Assembly: GCA_046583355.1 (NCBI GenBank)
Contig: JAYGCM010000008.1
Coordinates: 1-49,993 of the forward strand
Direction: 5' to 3'
Length of the DNA stretch: 49,993 nt
Origin: Deltaproteobacteria bacterium
Lineage (GTDB): Bacteria; Desulfobacterota; Binatia; UBA12015
Positions 40,753-49,993 of this stretch are shown here, in pieces. The stretch's first letter is position 1; each line of letters begins with the position of its first letter. Under the pieces are notes generated by a model. It worked only from the letters and a program-made list of their open reading frames with translations. It searched no databases and was not told the origin of the DNA. The position numbers and the translations under genes are program-made.

Positions 40753-41432
40753 TTGCGCCGCGCCGCCTCTTCCCGGAGTCGCTTGAGACGCTCACGGGCC
40801 CGCTGCGCCCGCTTCCGCGCGTCCGCGCGACGCTTCTCGATATCGGTTTTGCCAGCGGCGTCATCCAGATTTGCTCGGTTTCGCTTGCGCTTGCCAATGG
40901 TCGGCTTGGGCGCCGCTAGCCCACCGGGCCCGCGCTTGATCTTCGGCCTGCCCGTATCGACGAGCAGCCGCAGCTGGACCTCTTCGCCGTGCCCACTGCG
41001 CAGCGACACACTCTCACGCTCGATCGAAATGACCTTATAGCCCGCGATTTCTTCGCCTTCGCGCAGGCGTAATTGCTTGCGACCTTGTGCTTCGTCGATC
41101 ACCACCGCCTCGCGGAAGTTCCCGACGAAGATCACCCCCGCAAGCTTCAAGGTCGGCGGCGGCGCCGGCGTCTGCGCGGGCGTGGGCTCGCCGGTCGCCA
41201 TTTCCGGCGGCTGGCGCGACACATCGAAGAGATCGTTCTTGCGAATCGATTGGACGATCTGCACCAGCGGCGGACGGCGCGGCGAATTGGGCACATCGCC
41301 ACCGGCCGGTCGCAAGGCTCCCCCTTCGGCCGGCGGTAGCGGCGGCTCGCGGCGCACCACCTCGACCAGCCGCCACCCCGCCAGGGCAATCAGCGCCACA
41401 AGAAGAATATTCAGGATTCCAAAGCGCTTCAT
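40749..41432 (-). CDS. gspC: T2SS GspC-like protein (TM + HR domain, C-terminal coiled coil)
   Basis: N-terminal TM; LKLAGVI...AVVID...LREGEEIAGYKVISIERESVSL; position before gspD. Confidence 0.7.
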   Translation of the reverse strand: MKRFGILNILLVALIALAGWRLVEVVRREPPLPPAEGGALRPAGGDVPNSPRRPPLVQIVQSIRKNDLFDVSRQPPEMATGEPTPAQTPAPPPTLKLAGVIFVGNFREAVVIDEAQGRKQLRLREGEEIAGYKVISIERESVSLRSGHGEEVQLRLLVDTGRPKIKRGPGGLAAPKPTIGKRKRNRANLDDAAGKTDIEKRRADARKRAQRARERLKRLREEAARRK

Positions 41433-42172
41433 GTGCCGTTCTCCGGCGGTGAGGTCTGCGTGCCAAGCGGGTTCTGGGGAAGATCGCGACGACTCGACTC
41501 ACGCGGCGGCGCAGCCACCGCATGGCCTGCCTGTGCCCTAACCGGCACGATGCCTCCAGCCGAGCCCTGCGAGATCGCGCTGATCTGCAGAGTGGCCGAG
41601 ACGACGCGCGATAGATCCAATTTATCCCGTTTACGCCGGCGCCGCACCGAGCTTGCGCGCCGCGAGAGTTCAAGGAACTCGACATCGATTCTGGGCGGGC
41701 CGTACTCCAGAGTCGCCAGGAACTTCGCCAGGCTACCGATCCCGGACTGCGCCGTGACTCGCAGGGAGACCTCGGTGAAAGAGCCGAGTTCTTCTTCCTG
41801 CAGCACCTGGGTGCTCTGGATCCTGACGTTATTATCGCGCGCGACAGCCGTCACCCGCTCCTGGAGCGAAGCCGACGCGAGCGTCGCGGTCTGGCCCGGA
41901 ATCAATTCACCCACCATGGTCTTGTAGCGGCGGCGCAGAGAGTCGAGACGCTCGGTCACGACCCCCGTCTGCTCGAGCAATTGCCGCGCATTCACCAACC
42001 GGCGGGCCGAGAGTTGGATCTCGGCCTTGGTATCGCTGCGGTACTCACCCACCCAGGTGACCCCGAAGCGCAGCACCACCACCACGATCGCCAAGCCCAG
42101 CGCCATATACAGCCGCTGTTGGCGGTCGGTTGCCTGTAGGCGAGACAGGATTTGCGAGAGGAAATCTCTCAT
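41429..42172 (-). CDS. gspM: T2SS inner-membrane protein GspM
   Basis: TM, coiled coil, ASASLQERV...LAKFLATLE ferredoxin-like domain; operon position. Confidence 0.8.
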   Translation of the reverse strand: MRDFLSQILSRLQATDRQQRLYMALGLAIVVVVLRFGVTWVGEYRSDTKAEIQLSARRLVNARQLLEQTGVVTERLDSLRRRYKTMVGELIPGQTATLASASLQERVTAVARDNNVRIQSTQVLQEEELGSFTEVSLRVTAQSGIGSLAKFLATLEYGPPRIDVEFLELSRRASSVRRRRKRDKLDLSRVVSATLQISAISQGSAGGIVPVRAQAGHAVAAPPRESSRRDLPQNPLGTQTSPPENGT

Positions 42173-43578
42173 TCCGCCACTTTCGTCGAGAGCGAGAAGC
42201 GCTCTTCGTTGTTCTGCACCTTGGTCACGGGCGAGGTGAATTGCGGATTCGAGAAATGCCGCGACTTATCAATCGCGGGAATCAGCTCGGAGGCTTCCTT
42301 GGCGAAGCCTTCCAACTCGATTTTCCCGTTCCGCATGCGGAAGGTATTCAAGTAGGCATCTTTCGGCACGATCTCGGTGAGTTCCTGCAAATAGAAGGTC
42401 GCCAGGGCCTGCTCGCCGCGCGCCAGAAGACGGATTTTATCGGCCAGGTCGCGCGACTCGGCCTCCTCTGCTCGCACCTGCCGCAACTGCGGCTCGAGGG
42501 CCACAAGTTCCGATTTCAGATGTCGCTCGATCCGGAAATCCTGCACCATCGCGCCGAGGAGCCAAACCGTCGTCACCAACGCCAGCACACTAGCCAGGAA
42601 GAAGGTCACGACCGGAGCACCCTCTTCGCTGCCGCCACGCTCTTCGGCGGGCAGCATATTCAGCGAGAGCGACGACTCACGCACGGCCGAGAGGCCGACA
42701 CCGAGGGCGGGCAGCAATGCTGGTTCGATCCCGTCCCGGGCCGACTCGGCCACAGTCATATTCCCCAGCACCGCATCAAGCAATTTCGTCGCCTCGACTC
42801 GGGATTCAGCGGCGGGCGCATCGGCGCCGCCGCCCAACTCCACCACGCGCAGACCATCGCTCGGCAGGCCTGCGGCAGCCGCCTCGCCGCGCGCGCGTTG
42901 CTGCGCCTGTTCGGCACCGGCAAGCTCGCCCGCAGTAAAGACGGAACTCGCCAACAACGCCTCGTTCTGGAAGAGGTCGATCTCACCACGCCCGCCGCCA
43001 TGGACGACCAGCGCCAACGGCGCCTCGGCGTCCTCGCCGGCAAAGGCGAGCGCATCGGCGAGAGCGACTGGCGTCACCACCAAACTACGCGGACGCAACC
43101 CGGCGAGTTCAAACGTCGCCAGAAGATCATTCACGGTCGTACGCGGCAAAGCGAGAATTCGGAGATCGAGTTTGTCGCCCTTTTCCCGGACCAGATAATC
43201 AAAGAAAACCTCGTCGCGTGCGAGCGGCAGCAGTCGCTCCAACTCGAAGTCCACCACCTGCTCCAGGTCGGCCCGTGCCGCAACCGGAACGCTCAAGCGC
43301 GTACTGAGCGCGAGGCTGCGCGGCAGGCTGATATAGGCGCGATCGGTCGGTGCCTCGGTCTCGCTCACGAAGGCCCGCACGGCCGCCGACAATGCCTGGC
43401 GGCGCTCGTCGCCGGCCTCCGGCAACTCGACCCTGCGATGCGCCAGCAGGCTGACGGCCATCAGCCGCTTGCGCAGATGAACCAGCGAAACGCTGGTCTC
43501 CGCAATCGCAATCCCGAGACCATCGAGGAAGTCCAAGCGGGTGAGTCGCTGGATACTCCGGGGCAAAACAATGCTCAC
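42169..43578 (-). CDS. gspL: T2SS GspL / PilM-PilN-like protein
   Basis: Actin-like cytoplasmic domain (FELERLLP..EVFFDY), LNMLP, TM, PilN domain LQELTEIVPKDAYL...IELEG. Confidence 0.85.
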   Translation of the reverse strand: MSIVLPRSIQRLTRLDFLDGLGIAIAETSVSLVHLRKRLMAVSLLAHRRVELPEAGDERRQALSAAVRAFVSETEAPTDRAYISLPRSLALSTRLSVPVAARADLEQVVDFELERLLPLARDEVFFDYLVREKGDKLDLRILALPRTTVNDLLATFELAGLRPRSLVVTPVALADALAFAGEDAEAPLALVVHGGGRGEIDLFQNEALLASSVFTAGELAGAEQAQQRARGEAAAAGLPSDGLRVVELGGGADAPAAESRVEATKLLDAVLGNMTVAESARDGIEPALLPALGVGLSAVRESSLSLNMLPAEERGGSEEGAPVVTFFLASVLALVTTVWLLGAMVQDFRIERHLKSELVALEPQLRQVRAEEAESRDLADKIRLLARGEQALATFYLQELTEIVPKDAYLNTFRMRNGKIELEGFAKEASELIPAIDKSRHFSNPQFTSPVTKVQNNEERFSLSTKVAE

Positions 43579-44600
43579 GCAGCCTCCCGCATCTGGCCGG
43601 CACTGCCCGCACCCACACTCGAGTCCATCGGCAGCGCGTCCATCCAGCGCAAAATATAGATGCCTTCATTCGACTCACCGAGGTCGATGACGGCGCCGAT
43701 ATGAGCGCCAATCCGTGCGTCCGGCAGGCGCGCCTGCGCCTCAACCGAAAGGATGCTGGGAGCATCATCGTCGAGCAGGTCTTCGAGTGCGGGATCGGGG
43801 AGCAGACTCTGCAGCATGCCGATCAACCCCGCCATATCCGTCTGGCGTTGCTCCATGACCATCTGCAATTCTTCGGGAGTGAGCCCCAGCAGAACTTCAA
43901 AAACCTCGGGCGAAGCCGAGCGGATGCTCAACGCCGCGCGCCGATTGAAGACGGAGAAGACCTGGACCAGCCCGATCGGGTAATCCTCGGTTCCGCCGTA
44001 ATATAGATCTTCGCTCACCCCCTTGATCAAGCGTAGCTCGTCGAGGGAGTCCAATGGCGCGTTCTTGGCCGAATAGGGCTGCGCCAATCCGAGGTAATAT
44101 TCACTTTCCACGCCGTTCATGCGATGGTCGTCGTCCGGATCACGCCAGTCGAGGATCGAGTCTGCCACCTCGCCTGCCGCCTCGGGGTCCAGCCCCATAT
44201 TGCCAAGCAAGTGGACCAGCATACTGAACTCCACCAGATTGATCGGAATCTTGCCCGCCTCGTCCGTCACCCGCACCCACACTGGAGCTCCCCAGAGCTC
44301 CTCCCGATGCCAGCGCCCATCAGTATGAACGGCCGGCGTAAAATCCTCATTGTCGACTTCGCCCGACGTCAGACCCAGCGTTGCCTCGTCACGTGCGATC
44401 AGCGCCCGGTAGAAAGTCCGGTTCGCGGCCGCCGTAGCCAGATAATAGCTCTGCGTCTCATCTGCAAAGTTCACGGTCGCCTGCGCATCCTGCCGCATCG
44501 AGGTAGCGAACTCCGCCCCGAGCACAAAGAGTACGATGAAGATCCACAAGACTACGAGGAGCGCAAACCCCCGTTCGTCGGGCCGCCGCGTCTCAGCCAT
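43575..44600 (-). CDS. gspK: T2SS minor pseudopilin GspK
   Basis: RGFALLVVLW, DEAGKIPIN, ILDWRDPDD, NAPLDSLDELRLIKGV; ATG overlaps the gspJ stop. Confidence 0.92.
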   Translation of the reverse strand: MAETRRPDERGFALLVVLWIFIVLFVLGAEFATSMRQDAQATVNFADETQSYYLATAAANRTFYRALIARDEATLGLTSGEVDNEDFTPAVHTDGRWHREELWGAPVWVRVTDEAGKIPINLVEFSMLVHLLGNMGLDPEAAGEVADSILDWRDPDDDHRMNGVESEYYLGLAQPYSAKNAPLDSLDELRLIKGVSEDLYYGGTEDYPIGLVQVFSVFNRRAALSIRSASPEVFEVLLGLTPEELQMVMEQRQTDMAGLIGMLQSLLPDPALEDLLDDDAPSILSVEAQARLPDARIGAHIGAVIDLGESNEGIYILRWMDALPMDSSVGAGSAGQMREAA

Positions 44601-45366
44601 CAAAATCGTCATCCTGCTCGAAACCGAAACCATCGTCGTCGTCGAAAAGACCGCCGAGATCGGAGTCGTAGGTTCCCAGGGAATACACCACGGTCATGAT
44701 CGGGATCTCCTGGATCCAATACGAATCGCCCAGGCCCAACCCGTCGATGGTCACCCGAATCGCCGCCGGCGGCACCTGCTCTTCCAGCCCGTCCCAAGAC
44801 TCCACCCACTCGGATTCGTCGCCCTCCAGGCGCAGATATTCGAAGCGATGGCTGGCAATTCCGACCAGCAGAGTGGCCTCGGCCGAAGCTTCCGGTTCGT
44901 CTCCGGCAAAGGTGCCGGCCGAGAAAATGAGCCTCTCTGTGAGATTCAGGTTGCCCGCCTCATCGACCCAATAGGTCACCCAGCCGAGGCCATCGCCACG
45001 CCCCAGCTGCGGAGCCGCCGTGATGAAAGTGAAATGGTTCGCGTCCCCGGTGAAAAACGGATGGATCTCTTCGTCTTCGGTCTCGGCCGGGTAATCGACC
45101 AACGAGCGGATCTGGCGTGTCATCAACGCCGTGGCCATACGCAGCCGGGCCGAGCGCGCCGCCGCAGCCTCACCGCGCGGGATGGCATCGGTGGCGGTGG
45201 CAAAAACGCTGAAGATCATCGCCAGCATCATGCCCAGGAGCGTAAACGAGATCATCAACTCAAGCAGCGTGAAGCCCGCCGCCATGCGACGCGGCCCCCC
45301 AGCAGCTGCCCGATGGCGCACGCGCAAACCCCGGATGGCCCCCTCTTGGATCTCCGACTGCCGCAC
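44593..45366 (-). CDS. gspJ: T2SS minor pseudopilin GspJ
   Basis: Prepilin site GFTLLELMI, PAAIRVTI; start may be 45285. Confidence 0.85.
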   Translation of the reverse strand: MRQSEIQEGAIRGLRVRHRAAAGGPRRMAAGFTLLELMISFTLLGMMLAMIFSVFATATDAIPRGEAAAARSARLRMATALMTRQIRSLVDYPAETEDEEIHPFFTGDANHFTFITAAPQLGRGDGLGWVTYWVDEAGNLNLTERLIFSAGTFAGDEPEASAEATLLVGIASHRFEYLRLEGDESEWVESWDGLEEQVPPAAIRVTIDGLGLGDSYWIQEIPIMTVVYSLGTYDSDLGGLFDDDDGFGFEQDDDFDG

Positions 45367-45369
45367 GCC

Positions 45370-45807
45370 CTAGTCCTCCTCGCCAAAATTCGGTTCGACC
45401 CGCATGGTTCCGATCCGATAATATTTGACGCCGCCGGGCTCGTCCCATTCGATCAGCACGGTCACAACCGAGAGGCGCACCTCGGTCTCACGGGCGAAGC
45501 CCTTGTCGTCGTCGTCCATCGAGCGAACACCATCTTCGGCGTCGGCTTTGCGGATCACCCGCTCCCAGCGAAACCCGGCTCCGATCTCGCCATTGGATTT
45601 GGTCGCGGTGAGCTCGGGGGCCCAGAGACTGGAATCCATCAACGCCTTGGCGTGCATGACAGCCTCCGACCGCCGCCCGGCGCTGCGCGCCAACTGAATC
45701 GAGCTGCCGAAGACTTGCAGCGCCGACACCACACCGAGACCAAGCACGGCCATCGCGATGGAGATCTCGATCAGGGTGAAGCCGCTCTGGCCGCGCCGCA
45801 GGCGCAC
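45370..45807 (-). CDS. gspI: T2SS minor pseudopilin GspI
   Basis: QSGFTLIEISIAMAVL; operon position. Confidence 0.85.
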   Translation of the reverse strand: MRLRRGQSGFTLIEISIAMAVLGLGVVSALQVFGSSIQLARSAGRRSEAVMHAKALMDSSLWAPELTATKSNGEIGAGFRWERVIRKADAEDGVRSMDDDDKGFARETEVRLSVVTVLIEWDEPGGVKYYRIGTMRVEPNFGEED

Positions 45808-46302
45808 CTAACGTTCCTCGTCGCGCACGCTGACGAGCCCGATCAGGGGGTCGATGTGGATGAGATAGCCCAATTCGGCCGGGTACTCGCGATCGCCGAT
45901 CAGCAAGGAAACGCCGCTGCTGCTGCCGTTGGGATGAAAACGGATGCGCGACACGCCGAAGGGGCTGTACTCGCCGCCCTGGAGGCTGCGCAGCGCCGCC
46001 ACCTCGCCCAGTTCAATCACCCGCCCTCGGCCTTCCAGCTCAAGTACATTATCGTCTATCGAAACCAATACGGCCTGGGAGCGGCCACTGCGGATGGCTT
46101 CGGTCTGCAGGCTGCGAAACGTGCCCGTGACCAGGCGCACTGCCGTGCGGACATCGCGCGCGCGGCTACTCGACTGAATCGCCGGAGCAACCAACGCCAT
46201 CGCCATCCCCAGGATAACCATGACGACGATGATCTCGATCAGCGTGAAGCCACGCTGATCGCGGAGCCCCCGGCGACGGCCGGCAAAGAAGGCCGCATTC
46301 AT
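45808..46302 (-). CDS. gspH: T2SS minor pseudopilin GspH
   Basis: QRGFTLIEIIVV, IRFHPNGSSSG. Confidence 0.85.
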   Translation of the reverse strand: MNAAFFAGRRRGLRDQRGFTLIEIIVVMVILGMAMALVAPAIQSSSRARDVRTAVRLVTGTFRSLQTEAIRSGRSQAVLVSIDDNVLELEGRGRVIELGEVAALRSLQGGEYSPFGVSRIRFHPNGSSSGVSLLIGDREYPAELGYLIHIDPLIGLVSVRDEER

Positions 46303-46763
46303 CCCGAGACGATCACCTCGGCGGCCAGATCCTGACCACCCTGGCGACCGTCAGAACCGAAGCTGCCGATCTCGTAGGAGGTCCCGCCCGCACCCGGGTT
46401 GCGGTAGAAATACGGGTTGCCCCAAGGGTCGACCGGCACGGCGTCGCGCAGATACGGCCCCGACCAGCGACCGGCCGTTCCCGGACGCGCGCGCAGGGCT
46501 TCGAGGCCCTCCTGCGAGCTCGGGTAGCGGCCGACGTCCAGCTGGAACATATCGAGCGCATTGCGCAGATTCTCCAGCTGGGCGCGCGCCGCCTGCGGCT
46601 TGGCCTTCTCGCTCTGGCCGATGAAATTCGGCGCCACCATGGTGGCGAGCAGCCCGATGATCACCAGAACGACCAGCAACTCGATCAGCGTGAAGCCGCG
46701 CTCGTCGAGTTTCTTTTCCGCAATTTGTTTTTGATTTACGATCAAGTTTCCACTCCCTGTCAC
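46299..46763 (-). CDS. gspG: T2SS major pseudopilin GspG
   Basis: GFTLIELLVVLVIIGLLA, ALDMFQLDVGRYPSSQEGLEAL, WSGPYL, DPWGNPY. Confidence 0.96.
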   Translation of the reverse strand: MTGSGNLIVNQKQIAEKKLDERGFTLIELLVVLVIIGLLATMVAPNFIGQSEKAKPQAARAQLENLRNALDMFQLDVGRYPSSQEGLEALRARPGTAGRWSGPYLRDAVPVDPWGNPYFYRNPGAGGTSYEIGSFGSDGRQGGQDLAAEVIVSG

Positions 46764-47990
46764 TTAAAGTGGCATATTGTTGATGCTGAAGATGGCCGAG
46801 AACATCGCCAACACGACGAAGCCTACCACCAACCCGCCGACGACCAGCATCAGGGGCTCGAGCATACCCGTGAGTCGGGCGACCGTCGTGCGGACCTCTT
46901 TGTCGAAATAATCCGCTACCTGAATGAGCATATCGTCCAGACGCCCGGTTTCCTCACCGACACTGATCATCTGAAGCGCGAGTTGCGGAAAGACCCCGCT
47001 CTGGTCGAGCGGCCCCGAGACGCCGCTGCCACCGCGCACACCGACCTTCACTTCATCGATCGCAGCGGCCAGAACCACGTTGCCGGCGACATTGCGGACG
47101 ATATCCAGAGCCTGCAACATGGGCACGCCACTTTTGAGCAAGGTGCCCAGAGTGCGCGCAAAGCGCGACACCGCCACCTTGCGGGTGACATCGCCGATCA
47201 GTGCAAAATTCAAGCTCGCGCGATCCCAGGCCAGGCGTCCCTCCGGCGTGCGGATCCAATGCGCGAAGCCCAGCCCGGAGGCGGCCATGAGCAGTAGCGC
47301 GACCCACCAATACGAGCGCATTGCCTCGGAAAGGCTCATCAGGATGGCGGCCGAGGTCGGCAAAGCGGCACCCGATTGGGCGAAGACAGAACTGAATTTC
47401 GGCAGAACGTAGACCAGCAAGATCGCCACCGAGCCAAAGGAGGTCGTCATCAGGATGGCCGGATAGATCATCGCCGAGCGGACCTCGTCGCGTAATTCGG
47501 TCGCACTCTCCAGATAATCGACGAGGCGCTGCAATACCTGGTCGAGTACGCCGCCGATCTCGCCGGCCTTCACCATATTGACGTAGAGCGACTCAAAGAC
47601 CCGTGGGTGCTCGGCCAGCGCTTCGGCAAGCGATTTACCGCGCTGGACTTGGGTGAGAACATCGCCCGTAACGCGTTTCATCTCGGCGCTCTCCGAGAGC
47701 TCGGTGAGAATGGAGAGGCTGCGGTCGAGTGGCAGGCCGGCATTCAGCAGGGTCGAGAGTTCATGGGTGAAAATGAGCAAGTCGCCCTGCTTCACACCCC
47801 GACGAAAGTTCAGTGTCGGCAAGGAGATGCTGGCGAGGCCACTGCGCTCGGGCCCGGGCACCTCCACGGTAAGCGGCAGGAGACCGCGGTCCTGCAGGCG
47901 CGAGGCCGCAGCGCTGCGGTCCGCGGCATCAATGGTTCCTTCGAGAACCTTCCCGTCGCCGTCAGTCGCACGATATTGAAATTGGGCCAT
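46764..47990 (-). CDS. gspF: T2SS inner-membrane platform protein GspF
   Basis: FQYRA, LLNAGLPLDRSL, YVNMVKAGEIGG, SAMIYP, FARTLGTLLKSGVP, VGEETGRLD, LEP. Confidence 0.95.
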   Translation of the reverse strand: MAQFQYRATDGDGKVLEGTIDAADRSAAASRLQDRGLLPLTVEVPGPERSGLASISLPTLNFRRGVKQGDLLIFTHELSTLLNAGLPLDRSLSILTELSESAEMKRVTGDVLTQVQRGKSLAEALAEHPRVFESLYVNMVKAGEIGGVLDQVLQRLVDYLESATELRDEVRSAMIYPAILMTTSFGSVAILLVYVLPKFSSVFAQSGAALPTSAAILMSLSEAMRSYWWVALLLMAASGLGFAHWIRTPEGRLAWDRASLNFALIGDVTRKVAVSRFARTLGTLLKSGVPMLQALDIVRNVAGNVVLAAAIDEVKVGVRGGSGVSGPLDQSGVFPQLALQMISVGEETGRLDDMLIQVADYFDKEVRTTVARLTGMLEPLMLVVGGLVVGFVVLAMFSAIFSINNMPL

Positions 47991-48143
47991 AGGTGAAAAT
48001 CTTGTAAACGAGCCTCGCCCTCCAAGCGAGGAGCATGCTGTGACGCTTGGACGACCAAGCACCACGAATATTCGGCTACACAGGATGGTTACAACAGGAC
48101 CCGCGCCGCCTCAATCGGCACCGCCATAGACAACCCGGTCGGC

Positions 48144-49382
48144 TTAGCCCGATTTCCAGGCATCCAGGGCCGCGCGTAGCGCCTCGGGTGTGGCCGACCA
48201 ATGCGCGCGCAGCTTCTTGCGCTCCGCATCCGCTAGAGCCGGGCGAAGATCTCCGCCGCTCCGGACAGCTTGACCCAGCTGTGCCAAACGGAACCCCCGA
48301 CGCACCAGGCGAAGCGAGAAATCCAAGGCACCGCCGGGCGCCGATCCCAGGCCCTCGGTGAACCCGCCGGTATCGCGAAAAACCGCGCGGCGCAGCACCA
48401 GCCCGGGCAGCGGCAGAACCGGCGCGGCAATGCTCTTGGCCGCCTCCCCGAGTTGCAGGGCACCGAGGGCCGCGTCGCCGTAGAGCTGCGCTGCGGCTGT
48501 TTCCAACCATTCGTTGCTGGTCGGCAATTGGCCGGCGCGAAGAAAGACCAGAACCTCGCTGCCGGTGGCCCGCGCACCCATGGCCAGCGCGGAGACCAGG
48601 CTCGCGCGCGGATCGCGCAAAAGCAGAATTTCGCCGGCCTCCTCGCGCGCCAGCATTCCCTTCAGCGCGGGCCCCTCCTCGGGACCCATCACCACAACAA
48701 TCCGGTAGGCGGCCGTGCCTCGCATCGCATGCAAAGCCTCGATGGTTGCGCCGGTCTCTTCGGGTGAGCCCGCGTCGGCCACCACAACCATGATCGATGG
48801 CCTGGCGACAAGGGCGGGAAACGCTCGACCGGCAGCCGTGGCGTCGGCAAACTCATGCACGATGCGACCGCTCCCCGCGAGGCTCGCGAGTAGGCGTACG
48901 GTCGCACGGTCGGGCGCCACACGGTCGTCCGCAACCAGAACCAAGGCACGTTCGTCGTCGGGGTGAAACGCACGTGCGCCCGGCGTGAAACGGTTTGGGG
49001 CAATTTTATCGTAGACAACGCGCGCACCCGCTACATGCGCCTCGCGGGCAAACGCGACCGAGCACGCATCCGGCACCGTCACGAGAACGCGCAGACGCTG
49101 GTCTGTGGCGGCCAGCAGCGGTCGCAAGGCCGCGATCTTGAGCGGTACCAACTCGGTGCCCGCCGCCGTCAAGGTCGAACCTTCGGGAAGTGCGACCAGG
49201 ACTTCGCAACCAGCCTCGCGCAGACCCGCCGCCCACGAGACGACACGCTCTTCGGCCTCCGAGCAAGGCGCGAGAAGCACCCAACGCTCGGCCACCGGCC
49301 CGGGCCGGACCGGCGCGGCCGCAGCCGCGAGCGAAGGCGGCGTGGCGCGCGAGAAGATCCGCGCAAGAAAACCGCGCTTCAT
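48144..49382 (-). CDS. Degenerate glycosyltransferase-like protein (GT-B-like fragment + GT2-like domain)
   Basis: ARVVYD; C-terminal PSIMVVV...GSEVLVFL...TGGFTEG...LDFSLRL..RGF; canonical acidic motifs absent; ATGA-coupled to the upstream GT2. Confidence 0.6.
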   Translation of the reverse strand: MKRGFLARIFSRATPPSLAAAAAPVRPGPVAERWVLLAPCSEAEERVVSWAAGLREAGCEVLVALPEGSTLTAAGTELVPLKIAALRPLLAATDQRLRVLVTVPDACSVAFAREAHVAGARVVYDKIAPNRFTPGARAFHPDDERALVLVADDRVAPDRATVRLLASLAGSGRIVHEFADATAAGRAFPALVARPSIMVVVADAGSPEETGATIEALHAMRGTAAYRIVVVMGPEEGPALKGMLAREEAGEILLLRDPRASLVSALAMGARATGSEVLVFLRAGQLPTSNEWLETAAAQLYGDAALGALQLGEAAKSIAAPVLPLPGLVLRRAVFRDTGGFTEGLGSAPGGALDFSLRLVRRGFRLAQLGQAVRSGGDLRPALADAERKKLRAHWSATPEALRAALDAWKSG

Positions 49383-49993
49383 GATACTCCCGCCGCGGCA
49401 AGAGCCGCCGAGGCCGGCTTGGGCCACGGCTCGGTGCGGAAGAGTTCAGGCGCTACGCCGCGCAGGCCGGCGAGAAGGGGCTCGTGCGGAATCACCTCCC
49501 CGGCCACGTGGATCTCCAGCGCCAGCGTGCGCAGGAAGGGATGTACCTCGCGCAGGCCCGAGCGCGCGAGCGCCCGCAGAAGCTCCAGCCGCGCGGCCGC
49601 TGTCGGAGCACTGGTGAAGGCACCGAGGCCATCACGTACCAAGGCCGAAACCAAGGCGTAGGCACGCTCGGCCTCACTCGCCGCCGTCACCACGGCACTC
49701 TGATTGTCGCCATGCCAGCGCACCTGCACGCGCCGCTCCGCAGAGCAGCGCAATTCACCCAGCGAGGCGAGCTTCAGCCAGAGGTCGTAATCCTGCGCCA
49801 CTCGCAACGAGACATCGAAGCCACCCACCGCCAAGGCCGCTGCGCGCGCGAAGAGAGCACAAGCTGCCGAGAGCGGGTTACGCTCGACCATTGCAGAGCG
49901 CAGCGCCGCACCGTGCAAGGCCGGCAGATCGAACCAGGCCTGCGGCGCCGGGTCATGCAGCGGCCGCAGCGCGCCAGATCGGAAGAGCACACG
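49379..49993 (-). CDS. Glycosyltransferase family 2, 5' truncated by window edge
   Basis: VGGFDVSLRVAQDYDLWLKL, VRWHGDNQS. Confidence 0.85.
   Translation of the reverse strand, partial: RVLFRSGALRPLHDPAPQAWFDLPALHGAALRSAMVERNPLSAACALFARAAALAVGGFDVSLRVAQDYDLWLKLASLGELRCSAERRVQVRWHGDNQSAVVTAASEAERAYALVSALVRDGLGAFTSAPTAAARLELLRALARSGLREVHPFLRTLALEIHVAGEVIPHEPLLAGLRGVAPELFRTEPWPKPASAALAAAGVS

Noticed and set aside
44536..46335. 599-aa plus-strand ORF (also 42130-43659, 36629-38080, 31608-33140, 21604-23124 and minus-strand 17181-18557)
   Set aside because: Antisense shadows of well-supported genes in high-GC DNA; no recognisable motifs.
42169..47990. Type IV pilus operon
   Set aside because: GspG- and GspK-specific motifs and a GspD-type N0 domain indicate T2SS; no pilT, pilB or AMIN-domain secretin.

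Overview
High-GC bacterial chromosomal window with no rRNA, tRNA, CRISPR array or transposase recognised. The Cys-rich secreted-protein styles suggest a deltaproteobacteria-like lineage, possibly Candidatus Binatia (inference only). Left part (1-20.8 kb): end of a peptide ABC ATPase, GNAT-PhzF-sirtuin, a patch of large secreted proteins of which two have collapsed into pseudogenes, NUDIX-HAD, a sahR-ahcY operon with a visible promoter and operator, an atypical transketolase, a lipoprotein, acs-cysS, a sigma54 activator facing a sigma54-driven small protein, and an FAD oxidoreductase. Right part (20.9-50 kb): one minus-strand run in which a type II secretion operon (gspF-G-H-I-J-K-L-M-C-D, no gspE) is translationally coupled to a TMTC-like GT-C/TPR protein and wzm/wzt. 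It continues through a lipoprotein, a secreted 343-aa protein with its own terminator, an Asp-box lipoprotein, two more GT-C proteins, an orphan FabH, a double methyltransferase, a GT2, a Tat-exported unknown and a priming phosphoglycosyltransferase. Top observation: two otherwise unrelated secreted proteins about 29 kb apart end in the same non-transmembrane tail SPxGAFVDGPxF (10 of 12 residues identical). One of them lies inside the T2SS/glycosylation locus, suggesting an undescribed C-terminal sorting signal tied to a T2SS plus surface-glycosylation system.
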